From the human T2T-CHM13v2.0 reference genome, Homo sapiens, in the NCBI RefSeq assembly GCF_009914755.1, contig NC_060944.1: DNA of 64,000 nt; one strand, 5' to 3'. The translations under genes and the position numbers were made by a program. Below, piece after piece: positions 17,214 to 39,164 of this stretch. The notes under the pieces were generated by a model that saw only the letters and a program-made list of their open reading frames with translations, was not told the DNA's origin and did not search any database. Every line of letters starts with the position of its first letter. Position 1 is the stretch's first letter.

Positions 17214-18433
17214 TGATCCATCTGCTTCGGCCTCCCAAAGTGCTGGGATTACAGGCATGAGCCACCGTGCCCAGCCTTCTTTTTTTTTTTTTTTTTAAAT
17301 TTGAGACAGATTGTCCCTCTGTCATCCAGGCTGGAGTGCAGGATCTCGATCTCAGTTCACTCCAACTTCTACCTCCCAGGTTCAAGAGATTCTCATGCCT
17401 CAGCATTCCCAGTAGCTGGGATTAAAAGTGTGTGAGACCACGCCCGGCTAATTTTTGTATTTTTAGTAGAGACAGGGTTTCACCATGTTGGCCAGGCTGG
17501 TCTCAAACTCTTGACCTCAAGCGATCTGCCCACCTCAGCCTCCCAAAGTACTGAGATTACAGGCGTGAGCCACCACACCCGGCTTCTATCAAGTATTTTA
17601 AAAAATATATTTTTTTCATTGATCAATAACTGAAAAAATGTTTCATTTTGAAGGTAAGTTGTATGTTGGCTGGTTGTTTTTTGGGAGCTGATGTTAAAGG
17701 CACTATTATAATAATAGATATACTAGATATGATTGTTATTTTATGTACAATTTCAATATATGTATAGACAAAATCATGTAATAATTTATACAGTATTTAA
17801 AATTTTGAAAGCAGTTTCATAAACTTTCCCCCCTCCTTCCTGCATAACAAGTTCTTTTGAACCTACCAGAACTATTTATTTATTTATTTTTCTTTTTTTT
17901 TTTTGAGACAGGGTCTCACTCTGTCACTCAGGCTGGAGTGCAGTGGTGTGATCACAGCTCACTCCCAGGCTCAAGGGATCCTTCCACCTCAGTCTCTTGA
18001 GTAGCTGGGACCACCGGTGCACACCACAACGCCTGGCTAATTTTTTGTATTTTTGGTAGAGACAGGGTTTTGCCATGTTGTCCAGACTGGTCTTGAATTC
18101 ATGAGCTCAAGGAGATCCACCTGTCTTGGCCTCCCAAAGTGCTAAGATTACAGGCGTGAGCCACCGTGCCTGAATTGTTCAAGGACAATTCAGAAATCCA
18201 AATCCATATGGCTAATTCTATTCATTTACTCATTCTTTCTCCCAGATTTTTATTCAACAAGCATATATTGAGTGTACATTGTGAGCTAGAGATGGGTTAG
18301 GTGCTGAGATAGAAAGATGCATAGAAATCCCAGTAAGATGCCACAATATAGTAGAAGAGACAGGATGTATGGATAGCTAATTGCAATAAAGCACTACAAG
18401 GGCTGTGAGAGTCAGCTATATCCAACCTAGAGC

Positions 18434-18830
18434 ATGTAGGTCAGTTAGCTATTACTGTGTAACTAACAGCCCATAAATTCTTTATAACATACGGTACCAT
18501 TTTGCTCATGCATCTAGGAGTTGTCTGGGTGTCAGCTGATCTAGGCAGGCTCAGCTGGGATGACTTGACTTGCCTCCATATATCTCTCATCTTCCTCCTG
18601 GAACTAAAGGGCTGGCCTACACATGTTCTTTTCATTCTTATAGCAGAGGGGCAGGAAGGAACATACGTGGCTTCTTAAGGCCTAGGTACAAAACTGGCAC
18701 ATTGTCACCTCCCATTTTTCACTGGCTAAAGTAAGTCATGTGGCCAAACCCAAAGCCAAAGAGTCAATAAATATATTCCATCCATTTAGAGGGAAGGATC
18801 ACACATTTATTCAGAAAATGGCATGAAAAA
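18434..18830 (-). mobile_element. Old MLT1 (H/J-type) LTR
   Basis: gtcagttagctattactgtgtaac...cattgtcacctcccattttc actggctaaagtaagtcatgtggccaaaccc. Confidence 0.6.
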
Positions 18831-19198
18831 TGGGGAGTGAGTGAAGTATTTCAATTAATAATATGACCTTTCAGAGATGGATACAGAATGAGAAATAATT
18901 GGCTGAGGTGCAAGCAAAAGATGCTGAGGAAAGTGGTGAGCATCTGTATTTTTCACTCTCATAAGTGGTTCACTATCCCCTCCCCTCCCCTCCCCCCTCA
19001 CTCCGTCCCTCCCTCCCTCCCTCCCTCCCTTCCTTCCTTCCCTTTTTTTGAACGGGGTCTCTCTCTGTAGCCCAGGCTGGAGTACAGTGGTGCAATCATA
19101 GTTCACTGCAGCCTCCTGGGGCACAAGCAATCCTCCCACCTCAGTCTCCCAAGAAGCTGGGACTACAGGCATGTGCCACCATGCCTGGCTAATTTTTA

Positions 19199-19454
<256 letters not shown>

Positions 19455-20023
19455 CTACAACCTGAGTGACAGAATGAGACCCTGTCTCAAAAAATAAATA
19501 TAAATGCATACATAAATAAATAAATTTTTTGTAGACGGAGGAGGTCTCACTCCTGGTTTCCCAGGCTGATCTCAAGCTCCTGGGCTCAAGCAATCCTTCT
19601 GTCTTGGCCTCCCAAAGTGCTGGGATTACAGGTGTGAGCCACCACGCCTGGCCATGGTTCACTATTATTTCATTAATTTTACTTTGTTCCCTTCGCATAG
19701 GTTGTAAATTCCTTGTGAGCAGAACTATAAATTACATGTGCTCTGTGTTCCTCTCCACACTTTGGCTTATACTGGTTTATTAATGGATTGACTATTAATA
19801 ATGGACTCAGGGAATAGAAACTACAAAGAACATAGGATACCATTCCTGGTTGGATGCAGTGGCTCACGCCTGTAATCCCAGCACACTGGGAGGCCGAGGT
19901 GGGTGGATCACCTGAGGTCGGGAGTTCGAGACCAGCCTGGCCAACATGGTGAAACCCTCGTCTCTATTAAAATACAAAAATTAGCCAGGTGTGGTGGCGA
20001 GTCCCTGTGGTCCCAGCTATTCA

Positions 20024-20194
<171 letters not shown>

Positions 20195-20216
20195 TCATAG
20201 TGATCAAGACTACTAG

Positions 20217-20484
<268 letters not shown>

Positions 20485-20803
20485 TAACCAGGATGGTCTC
20501 AATCTCCTGACCTCTTGATCCGCCCACCTCAGCCTCCCGGAATTTTTATCCCTGATATCACTATTTCTCATTTAATGGTGTCTCTTGGATTGAGAAATGA
20601 TGTGATTTACCTTCTTTATCTCTTTAGAAGAAATAGCTCAACGTCTACGTCTGCCTCATCAAAGTATTGGACTCCACATTAAACTAAAGAAATTATCCAA
20701 AGACAGTAGTTATAGGATGAAATTCAATTTTTCTGAAGAGTGATGATAAGTAGTCTCAGGTGTGTAAGCATCCTACCAAACTGCCTGGCTTTGCTGGCAA
20801 TAA

Positions 20804-21121
<318 letters not shown>

Positions 21122-21476
21122 TGAGTTATGCTGTGCTTAAAGCCTCAGAATCGTTGCTTGAAACATTATGTTCATCCGGGGTTAGCTAGGGCTCTGTGCC
21201 TCGTCACCATCAGCCTCCCTCTAGGTCAAAGGCCAATGGAGCAACCACCATCTTGAGCATTGCGGGCCGTCACTGCAGAAGGGAAAGAGCTCTGGAGGGG
21301 CTTACACCAGCAATTAAACCTTCAACTCAGGCTGGGCGCAGTGGCTCACGCCTGTAATCCCAGCACTTTGGGAAGGCTGAGGTGGGCAGATTACTTGAGA
21401 CCAGGAGTTTGAGACCAGTCTGGGCAACATGGAGAAACCTAATCTCTACTAAAAATACAAACCCAAAAAAAAATTA

Positions 21477-21644
<168 letters not shown>

Positions 21645-22132
21645 TCAACTCAGAAGTGGCTCTTTGCCTTAAATTCATTGGCCAGCATTAGTCACATCAT
21701 TCACTTAACAATGAGCCTGGAAGGCTCATGAGGGCTCAGGAAGTATAATCCTATCATTTACCTGGAAAGGGGAGAACTGAAAGAAAGAGAAGTACCAGAA
21801 TATTTGGGTACTACACACATATTTACCTTCTTAGTTTCCTGATCCTTAAGGGAACTGGGAATTCTGAGTGGACAGTGAGGAAGTGCAGGAAAAAGTGGGA
21901 AAGGACAGGCTACTTGGAGCCTTCACCTGAGCCAAGCTTGCTGAAAATGGGTGAAATCTGTGGTGCCTCAACTCTGCCTGGTCTGAATGCTCTGCCGAGC
22001 CTGGCTCCTCTGACTTACTTGTTCTGTGATCTAAGCCTCAATTTCTTCAACTTTAAAATGAAGATGATAGTAGAACCTACCTCAGAGGAGGTGTGATGAT
22101 TGCATAAGGTAATACATGTGAGTGACTTGGAA

Positions 22133-22607
<475 letters not shown>

Positions 22608-23380
22608 CTTAAGACTTTGGCCTGGCACCGTGGCTCACACCTGTAATTCCAGCACTTCGGGAGGCAAAGACAGGAGGATCACTTGCGCCTGGGAGTTCAA
22701 GACCAGCCTAGGCAACCTAGTGAGATCCTGTCTCCATAAGAAATTGAATTAGTTGAGCACGGTGATGCACATCTGTAGTCCCGGCTACTCTGAAGGCCAA
22801 GGTGAGAGGATCACTTGAGCCCAGGAGGTCAAGGCTGCAGTGAGCCGTGATCGCACCACTGCACCCCGGCCTGGGTGGCAGAATGAGAACCTGTCTCTCA
22901 ACAAAACGAAACAAACATTGCTTAACACATAGGGAGCATTCAACAAGGGTTAGCTAAGTGTCAAATTGCTACAGCCAGAGTGGCAGAAGAAGACTCAACC
23001 CAGAAGTCGAAGAAAATGAGAAAACGTCTAGATTTGAAGGAATGACCTCCCACAGAGCATTGCCCCCCTTCACTTTACCTTCAGGTAACGGCTTCGAAGA
23101 GAAGATCTGCAACCATCTAAAGGAAACGTTGGGGATGCTTTGTTCCTCTTAGTCACCTTTGCTTGGGTAGGAAGTCACTCCTCACATAGAAAGACTTGGC
23201 CATGGGCAGCAGCGCAGGTGGGAGGCATATGGGTGCGCACTCACCTCACCTTCCAGTTCAGCACAGGCTCCCTTTACACCCTAGCTGCCCCGTGTCCTCA
23301 TGCTGAGCCCACGGCAGATCTTTGTCCTGTCCAGGACTTCATCCTCCTTGCCTCTAGATCTCCAGTGTCAAGTTAGCATC

Positions 23381-24142
<762 letters not shown>

Positions 24143-24949
24143 GTTACCATTCCGTCGTGGGCTTATTTTCTGCTGGGTGGCAGCTACTTTATCTGTCACA
24201 GTTTTGAGGAGGACACTTGTCATTCTGTGTGCCTGGTATCCTTCTCCTGAGAATAACTGAGCTGCTGCTAACATGAAGATGGTTTAGGGCAAAAATTTTA
24301 AAAAGGCACTCCCTTTGGGTAGACAAATTGCAAAATTCGTGCCCACTCCATGTGATGAATTACAGACAGTTTGCACCTTCCCCTTCCTGCTTATGCAAGG
24401 AAGTGTTGCGCCCTTCCTCTTTCCCTTTGTGTCTGCTTGGAATTGGGTCTGATTGGAATTGGGTTTCGTCACTTGCAACCAAAGAATCCTGACTGACATA
24501 GATGGTACTTGGCGCCATGAATTAATGTGTTGCCTCTCATAACTAATTTCCTGGAGGTAATCCATTCACTTGAATGAAGATTGGAGCACTGTGACCAGCA
24601 GTGCAACTTTATGGCTTTGGCTGTTAGGGATCTCCATGCCCCCTAGGTCCAGTTTAGGCTGCTCCCTGTTAGACCTGTAGCAGGTGCTCTTCTTGCCCAC
24701 CATGTCCCCTCACTCTGACCTCTCCATCGGGCGGGGCCCTACTCATGGCCCCTTGGAAGTAGGGGCCCTTATTTCCTCACAAGAGGAAGCCAGCTGCTCA
24801 AGGGCTTCCTCTTGCTGCCAGAGCCCACTTTACCCCCAACGTGGCAGGCCAGAGTGTCCAGGACTTGGCCCCACACCGGAAGCAGCCCTTGCTGCCTGAC
24901 TGATGGGGGGTGGTATGTTCAACACTCCAGCCGCCTTTCCCGGCAGAGG

Positions 24950-25200
24950 CAGCGTGCAGAGGTGTGTTCCACACTGGCTCCCAGAGGTGCCCTGAGGACA
25001 AATGCAGCTCAGCTCCCTTTCTCCCCAGTCCCTTAATTAGCTACTCTCTGTCTCAGTCTCCGCCCTCCCCACCGCTCTGCCCCCGCTCCCTTTTCCCGTC
25101 CTCCCCACGGGTGTTTCCTGGAGTCACCTCCCACATAAGCTACTTGCACAAGAGTCCTTGTCTCAGAGTCAGCTTCTAGGGGTTTCCACCTTAACATAAG
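24950..25200 (+). mobile_element. LTR16-family LTR 3' part
   Basis: ctacttgcacaagagtccttgtctcagagtcagcttctagggg terminal motif. Confidence 0.55.
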
Positions 25201-25255
25201 ACCTATGCCCAGGGTCATCACATGAAGACCTGAGTCAGCCACTTACTGGCCAGAT

Positions 25256-25318
25256 GGCCACGGGTTACCCACTCTGGGCCACGGGTTACCCACTCTGGGT
25301 CACAGGTTACCCACTCTG
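25256..25318 (+). repeat. 3 x 21-bp tandem repeat (GGCCACGGGTTACCCACTCTG)
   Basis: Two identical units plus one with 2 substitutions, followed by MIR-like ccctcagtttc. Confidence 0.92.
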
Positions 25319-25474
25319 GCCCTCAGTTTCTGTCTGGAAAGAGGTAGCCAGTCACACTAAAGGGGGACTTCTTTTTGGGTAGGCTATTAGAGAGGCTGAT
25401 TCGATCATTGATTTTTTTTTTTTAAACAAAGCTTATGTTTTTCCTCCGAGTATAAAAGTAAAACATGACGGTTA

Positions 25475-25810
<336 letters not shown>

Positions 25811-25899
25811 TTAAAAAGTTAAAATTACCCAAATTCCACCACTCAAGGATATTTTCTTTGAAAGTAGAGGGCACAGGGTGGCCTTGAACCCTAACGTAC

Positions 25900-26230
25900 C
25901 CTGCTTTGGGTCTGGCTATGCTGCAGGACTACGGCCCTAAGATTTCTGCAAATGTCCAGTTGCTGTGTGTAGACGCAGCTTGAAATAAACTGCTTGTACA
26001 GCATGAGGAGGAAATGTGACTGTCGGACCCTTATGTAACAGAGTAGGAAACCCTGAGTGTAAACAGGGTTTTCCTTGTCAAGGAACGGAAATTGGTTTCC
26101 AACCGGTGCTTTCAAGGGCAGACCAGGAGCTAGGAAAAGAAATAGGAAGTCATAGAATGGAACAGAGGAAATTAGGAAATGAAAATCTATAGCCTCAGCA
26201 TGAAGTTTATGAGGTAATTGGACTGTTTTT
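25900..26230. promoter_or_regulatory. Candidate immune-type enhancer
   Basis: D-box TTATGTAAC 26031, FOX TGTAAACA 26058, kB-like GGGTTTTCC, multiple GGAA, EICE GGAAATGAAA 26175. Confidence 0.3.
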
Positions 26231-26331
26231 CTCAAACTGTGCTGGATAAATCTGGGAAGAAAGATTGATTTCTGATCCTAAGAAGACCTGCAGTATAGAC
26301 CAGCAGGTCAGGCTCAAGTGAGGCCTGATTA

Positions 26332-27250
<919 letters not shown>

Positions 27251-27384
27251 CCTGACATGTCAACTAACTACTGCAAGCCAATGTGAATACGACCTTCATG
27301 GAGTGTGTCCCAGGCCATGGGCAGAAGAGGGAATAGCCAGCTCTGCTAGGGAAAGTGAAGAAGGCTTCTCAGAGAAGGCATGCT

Positions 27385-28480
<1,096 letters not shown>

Positions 28481-28559
28481 AGACCAGAGCAGGTGTTGCA
28501 GGCAGACGGAAATGGTTATGCACACAGAGGCCCAAAAACAAGCAAAAGAGTTCTGTGAA

Positions 28560-29150
<591 letters not shown>

Positions 29151-29729
29151 ATACTTCTGTTGTTGTCCCACCAGTGGGTGAATGTTGGCTAGTTGGCTAT
29201 GCCCACACAAAGAGTGCATGGAGACAAGGGGTCCAGTGGAGTAGTAGGCCAGAAAGGTGGGTAGCAGCTTCGAGGTACCCTGTGAGGTATTTTCAATTGT
29301 AGGCTCACCCAGACTGAACCAAGCACAGCTCACACTTGTAATCTCAGTGCTTTGGGAGGCCGAGGGAAGAACACTTGAGAGGCCAGGGGTTCAAGACCAG
29401 CCTGGGCAACAAGGAAAGACCCCATTTCTACAAAATAATAATAATTTAAAAAAAAATAGGCACAGTAGTGAGTGTCTGTAGCCCTAGCTACTCAAGAGGC
29501 TGAGGCAGGAGGATTGCTTGAGCCCAGGAGTTCGAGGCTGTAGGGAGCTATGATTGTACCACTGTACTCCAGCCTGGGTGACAGAGCAAGACTCCATTAA
29601 AAAAAAAGTGAGAGGCCGGGCACGGTGACTCATGCCTGTAATCCAGCTTGACCAACATGGAGAAACCCTGTCTCTAGTAAAAATACAAAATTAGCCAGGC
29701 ATAGTGACACATGCCTGTAATCCCAGCTA

Positions 29730-30180
<451 letters not shown>

Positions 30181-30189
30181 TAGATTTAG

Positions 30190-30592
<403 letters not shown>

Positions 30593-30818
30593 TGATCTTG
30601 TTGTGACCAATGTAATTACAAGGGTGGAAGGGCCATAGAGGCCATATCCCAGTTAAAGAGGATGTCTCTTTCCCATTAGGATTGGAAAGGGCCAGGCCCT
30701 GCTTAGGTTGTGCATCTGTTCTTGGATGAATCACGACGGATGCTGATGGATGACTGGGTCATGTTCCCAGCTTTGGGGGCGAGGATATGGCCCCGTCAGC
30801 CTCATCAAATCATGTGGA

Positions 30819-31328
30819 GTCTGTTAGTTTCTATTGCTGCTGTAACAATTTACCACAAATTTAGGGGCTTGAAGTCGCACACATTGATTACCTCCCAGTT
30901 CTAGAGGTCACAAGTCTAAAATGGGAATCACTGGGCTAAAATCAAGGTCATGGCTTGACTGCCTTCCTTTCTGGAGGCTCTAAGAGAGAATCTGTGTCCT
31001 TGCCTTTTCCACTTTCTAGGGACCACCTACATCTCCTGGCTTGTGCCCTATTCCTCCATCCTCAACACCAGCAACCTCCTTCTCATGCTCTTATTTTTCT
31101 GGTTCTCATTTTTCTGTCTCCCTCTTCTACTTATAAGGACTTTTGTGTTTATATTGGGTGCACTGGATAATCCAGGATAATCTCCCCATTCCAAGTCAGC
31201 TGATTAGAATAGCAATCTTAATTCCTTCTGCAACCTTAATTCCCCTTTTCCATGTAATCTAACACATTTACAAGTTCCAGGGGCTGTGACATGAATATGT
31301 TTGAGAGGCTATTTTTCCGCATACTATA
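30819..31328 (-). mobile_element. MLT1D-type LTR
   Basis: ttagtttctattgctgctgtaacaatttaccacaaa...ggataatccaggataatctcccca. Confidence 0.8.
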
Positions 31329-31599
31329 TAGAATCAACGCAATCACATTGAAGTGGAGAAAAAAGTGGTTCCCCAGAGGAAGGGATGTTGCACAGGCCAA
31401 TAAGCATCTGTCTTCTACCACAAAGATTTAAGGGGGCCTGTGCAACGCTCTTGCTGCACTTCATTTATACTTTTATTAAGCATTTGTAGCAAGCGTTTGT
31501 GACGTCTGGTGTCACATCTCTGCAACTCACCTGATTTCAGTGCACCTTTGATAGTTCTGTGCACTTTGCCAGTATTATTTCTCAAGCATATATTGAAAC

Positions 31600-32318
<719 letters not shown>

Positions 32319-33032
32319 GCACGTATTCCTGATGTTTGGCAGAGAGTTACTGATGTGGCTGTCTGCGTGGTGGAGCCCTGCCAGTACAAACCAGTGCAGT
32401 TTGTTTAGAGGCATCTGCCCTGATGGGCTAGTGTCCATTCCATTGGCTGATGCTCACGCCACACAAGTCATCTGGCACTATTGAGGTCCATCAGCACAAT
32501 AACATGAATCACTGTTCCTGACGCACACTTCTTGGCTGTTTATGAGGTTCTTGTTCAAGACATATGGATAAGGAGTATAAATACCATAAGATGCAATCCT
32601 TAAGGTCACGTGCTAAAAGGTCTGTGTACCTAAAATGGGGAGGAAAGGTTGTCTGAGGTCATCTTAAAAAAAAAAAAGTTCAGGCTGAGAGCAGGGTTGT
32701 TTATTTGAGTTCTGGCAATCACTCTGGGAATTTATTTACATGCCAAGGGAAACATGAGGACAGTGGACTCTAGAAACCTTGTGCCCCAAGCTGCAAAAGA
32801 CAGCAGGCTTGGGCCCAGAGAGACACCAAGACCTTGCCAAAGACTCAACGAATACCTGATGGCCGAGCACAGTGGCTCACGCCTGTAATCCCAGCTCTTT
32901 GGGAGGCCGAGGCGAGTAGATCATCTGAGGTTGGAAGTTTGAGACCAGCCTAACCAACATGGTGAAACCCTGTCTTTAATAAAAATACAAAAATTAGCTG
33001 GGTGTGTTGGTGCATGCCTGTAATTCCAGCTA

Positions 33033-33140
<108 letters not shown>

Positions 33141-33426
33141 TCAAAAAATAAACAACAAAAAACCCCACAAATGCCTGATGACTTTTGATGGGTGTCAAGT
33201 GTTCTTTGTCAGCTGATGGGGACATCATTTAATCTATGTACTAGATGGAGATCAGGTAGAAGGCATGAAGTCTCATGACTTTTATCACATCTCTAGGTCA
33301 TACAGCACTCCCCTGCCCCACTGCCTGACCCCCTGCAGCATGGGGCCATTCTCTTCACCTGCCTTCTCAGAATCTCAGTTGGTCGCCTTGGAGCACAGAG
33401 GCTGTCCATCCTCGGGGGGAGCACCA

Positions 33427-33440
33427 CCAGCAGATGGCAT
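33427..33440 (+). promoter_or_regulatory. Candidate CTCF site
   Basis: CCAGCAGATGGCAT matches 13/14 positions of CCASYAGRKGGCRS. Confidence 0.3.
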
Positions 33441-33680
33441 AGATTTTCCACCACCTACCAAAACTGCAGCGTGACTTTGCAACGGGACAGTAAAAAAGAA
33501 TGAATAATCCCAAGGCCCTGCTTTTTTTTCTCAAAAGTACTTTCAAAGGAGATTTTTGGCCGGGCATGGTGGCTCATGCCTTTTTAATCTCAGCACTTTG
33601 GGAGGCCAAGGCAGGTGGATCACCTGAGGTCAGGAGTTCAAGAACAGCCTAGCCAACATGGTGAAACCCTGTCTCTACTA

Positions 33681-33896
<216 letters not shown>

Positions 33897-34131
33897 TTAA
33901 ATTTACCTTTTATATTTTTGTACATATTGTTAGGGGTCAGCCACACTTAATGATCTTGGAAGAGCAAAGCAGTCTTCAGAGCGTTCTCTGTCCTACTTCC
34001 GATTTTACTTGTGGCATGACCTTGTTCCTTAAAATCTCAAAGGAAAAAACCTTACAAAAAGAAAAGCAGCCTGGGCGTGGTGGCTCACGCCTGTAATCCC
34101 AGCACTTTGGGAGGCCAAGGTGGGCGGATCA

Positions 34132-34407
<276 letters not shown>

Positions 34408-35541
34408 CTATTAAGTTTTTTTGTGTATGTATTAAGCTGTACTATGAGTAGTTGGTTTGTACGAAATGGTTAAATAGGCCAAATACAAAAGATTTCTCTC
34501 TCTCTCTCTCTCTCTCTTTTTTTAGAGACACGGTCTCGCTGGACTGGTGCAGTGGTGCAATCAGTGTTCATTGTAACCTTGACCTTCCTGGCTCAAGCAG
34601 TTTTCCCTCCTTAGCCTCCCGAGTACCTGGGACCACAGGTGTACACCATTATGCACAACTAATTTTTAAAATTTTTGTAGAGACAGGGGGTCTCACTGTT
34701 TTGTTCAGGCTGATCTTGAACACCTAAGCTCAAGTGATTCTCCTGTCTTGGCCTCCCAAAGTGCTGGGATTACAGGTGTGAGCTGCTGTGTCTGGCTGGG
34801 TTTCTTTCTTTTTTTTTTTTTTTTCCTCTTTTTTTGTCTATAAAGTTGCTGTTTGTTTATAAATGTTTTCACTTGTTTGATGTATGTGTGAAACAATGTT
34901 CAACAATTAACCAGAATTTTATTTTGCTGATTTACTCTTTAACAACAAAAGATGTAATAATAAATAATAATTACAGCACACTTACTATGTACCAGGCATC
35001 ATTCTAGGCCCTTTATAGATACTGTTTCATCTGTCCTCATAACAATTTCATGATGTAGATAGATGAAAAACAGAGGCAAGAAAGGTCAAGTACCCTGCCG
35101 AAAGTCACCCAGTCAAGAGGCATCTCTATAACCAGTTGAGAAATCATGACCTTATATAGAAGCATCTCAAAACTAGCCCAATGCTATCAGAGACCCCTGG
35201 GTTCTAAGAGCCAAAATGACAGCCTCTTCTCTTTTCATTGTGATTTTCTAAAATCACAGATGTTTAATCTTTCTGTAGCTCTGTTTTTGAAACAGTTTTT
35301 GACTCTGGGTTTAAGGAGAAAGGTGGCTTATGCTTGTAATCCCAGCATTTGGAAGGTTGAGGTGGGTGGATCACTTGAGCCCAGGAGTTTGAGATCAGCC
35401 TGGGCAACATGGTGAGACCCCGTCTCTACCAAAAATACAAAAAAATTAACCAGGCATGGTGGCATGCACCTATAGTTCCAGCTACTCGGGAGGCTGAGGT
35501 AGGAGGCTCACCTGAGCCTTGGAAGGTTAAGGCTGCAGTGA

Positions 35542-36124
<583 letters not shown>

Positions 36125-36220
36125 TTCTCTACCCTTTTCAATGCCAGGTAAATTCCTTGCACTATAGGATTTGCTCACTTGTTCTCATTCTATTGTTTTC
36201 TTCTCCTCTTTTTGACTTAA

Positions 36221-37436
<1,216 letters not shown>

Positions 37437-37730
37437 CCTTTATTTGTATTCAACAAGTGATCACTAGCAGGCTCTGTGCTGAACATGTATACATGTATTA
37501 ATGTATACAGTCACCCTGTCATGCCGTTCAATAAGCACAAATATCTTCCGTGCATTCAGAATTTTCTGGAATTTGGAAAAACAAAGATAAATAAGGCTGA
37601 GGACTTGCCCTGAGGAATTTACAGCCTAAAAAGGAAGACATAAATGAACAGGTAGCTGATGCAACAGTTCAGAAACATCAAGAGCCTGAATCTTCTACAA
37701 GACCCAAGGAGGATAAAAATCAAACTTTTC

Positions 37731-39164
37731 GATTTTAATATTTAAGATAACTTTAAGTTCTCCCCCCCCCCCCTCCCCCTCCCTCTCCCTCCGGTCTCCC
37801 TCTCCCTCTCTTTCCACGGTCTCCCTCTGATGCCCAGCCGAGGCTGGACTGTACTGCTGCCATCTCGGCTCACTGCAACCTCCCTGCCTGATTCTCCCGC
37901 CTCAGCCTGCCGAGTGCCTGCGATTGCAGGCGCGCGCCGCTACGCCTGACTGGTTTTCGTATTTTTTTGGTGGGGACGGGGTTTCGCTGTGTTGGCCGGG
38001 CTGGTCTCCAGCTCCTAACCGCGAGTGATCCGCCAGCCTCGGCCTCCCGAGGTGCCGGGATTGCAGACGGAGTCTCGTTCACTCAGTGCTCAATGGTGCC
38101 CAGGCTGGAGTGCAGTGGCGTGATCTCGGCTCGCTACAACCTGCACCTCCCAGCCGCCTGCCTTGGCCTCCCAAAGTGCCGAGATTGCAGCCTCTGCCCG
38201 GCCGCCACCCCGTCTGGGAAGTGAGGAGCGTCTCTGCCTGGCCGCCCATCATCTGGGATGTGAGGAGCCCCTCTGCCTGGCTGCCCAGTCTGGGAAGTGA
38301 GGAGCGCCTCTTCCCGGCCGCCATCCCATCTAGGAAGTGAGGAGCGTCTCTGCCCGGCCGCCCATTGTCTGAGATGTGGGGAGCGCCTCTGCCCCGCCGC
38401 CCCATCTGGGATGTGAGGAGCACCTCTGCCCGGCCGCGACCCCGTCTGGGAGGTGAGGACCGTCTCTGCCTGGCCGCCCCGTCTGAGAAGTGAGGAGCCC
38501 CTCCGCCCGGCAGCCGCCCCGTCCGGGAGGGAGGTGGGGGGTCAGCCCCAGGCCCGGCCAGCCGCCCCGTCCGGGAGGTGAGGGGCGCCTCTGCCCGGCC
38601 GCCCCTACTGGGAAGTGAGGAGCCCCTCTGCCCGGCCGCCACCCCGTCTGGGAGGTGTACCCAACAGCTCATTGAGAACGGGCCATGATGACAATGGCGG
38701 TTTTGTGGAATAGAAAAGGGGGAAAGGTGGGGAAAAGATTGAGAAATCGGATGGTTGCTGTGTCTGTGTAGAAAGAAGTAGACATGGGAGACTTTTCATT
38801 TTGTTCTGTACTAAGAAAAATTCTTCTGCCTTGGGATCCTGTTGATCTGTGACCTTACCCCCAACCCCGTGCTCTCTGAAACATGGGCTGTGTCCACTCA
38901 GGGTTAAATGGATTAAGGGTGGTGCAAGATGTGCTTTGTTAAACAGATGCTTGAAGGCAGCATGCTCGTTAAGAGTCATAACCACTCCCTAATCTCAAAT
39001 ACCCAGGGACACAAACACTGCGGAAGGCCGCAGGGTCCTCTGCCTAGGAAAACCAGAGACCTTTGTTCACTTGTTTATCTGCTGACCTTCCCTCCACTAT
39101 TGTCCTGTGACCCTGCCAAATCCCCCTCTGCGAGAAACACCCAAGAATGATCAATTAAAAAAAA
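37731..39164 (+). mobile_element. SVA retrotransposon (SVA_D-like), near full length, with 30-nt 5' extension
   Basis: Degenerate CCCTCT hexamer (37761-37810), antisense Alu-like domain (~37810-38190), GC-rich VNTR (~38190-38655), SINE-R (~38655-39152), ATTAAA plus A-tail. Perfect TSD AAAAATCAAACTTTTC at 37715-37730 and 39165-39180. Confidence 0.97.
38190..38655 (+). repeat. SVA VNTR (about 35-50 bp units)
   Basis: Repeated gcctctgcccggccgcc..cgtctgggaagtgaggagc units. Confidence 0.93.

Noticed and set aside
23065-23090. Recursive-splice-like site (ctttaccttcag/gtaacg)
   Set aside because: The regenerated donor is weak (+5 C) and no host gene is evident.
25256-25318. Short direct repeats as a CRISPR-like array
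   Set aside because: No spacers, eukaryotic context; this is a simple tandem repeat.
32440-32615. CCAAT, TATAAATA and GTCACGTG as a promoter
   Set aside because: Short motifs expected by chance; no CpG island or downstream exon structure.
37780-38660. CpG island promoter
   Set aside because: The CpG richness is intrinsic to the SVA.
38079-38672. 197-aa ORF (-) and neighbouring ORFs
   Set aside because: Translations of the SVA Alu-like, VNTR and SINE-R domains.
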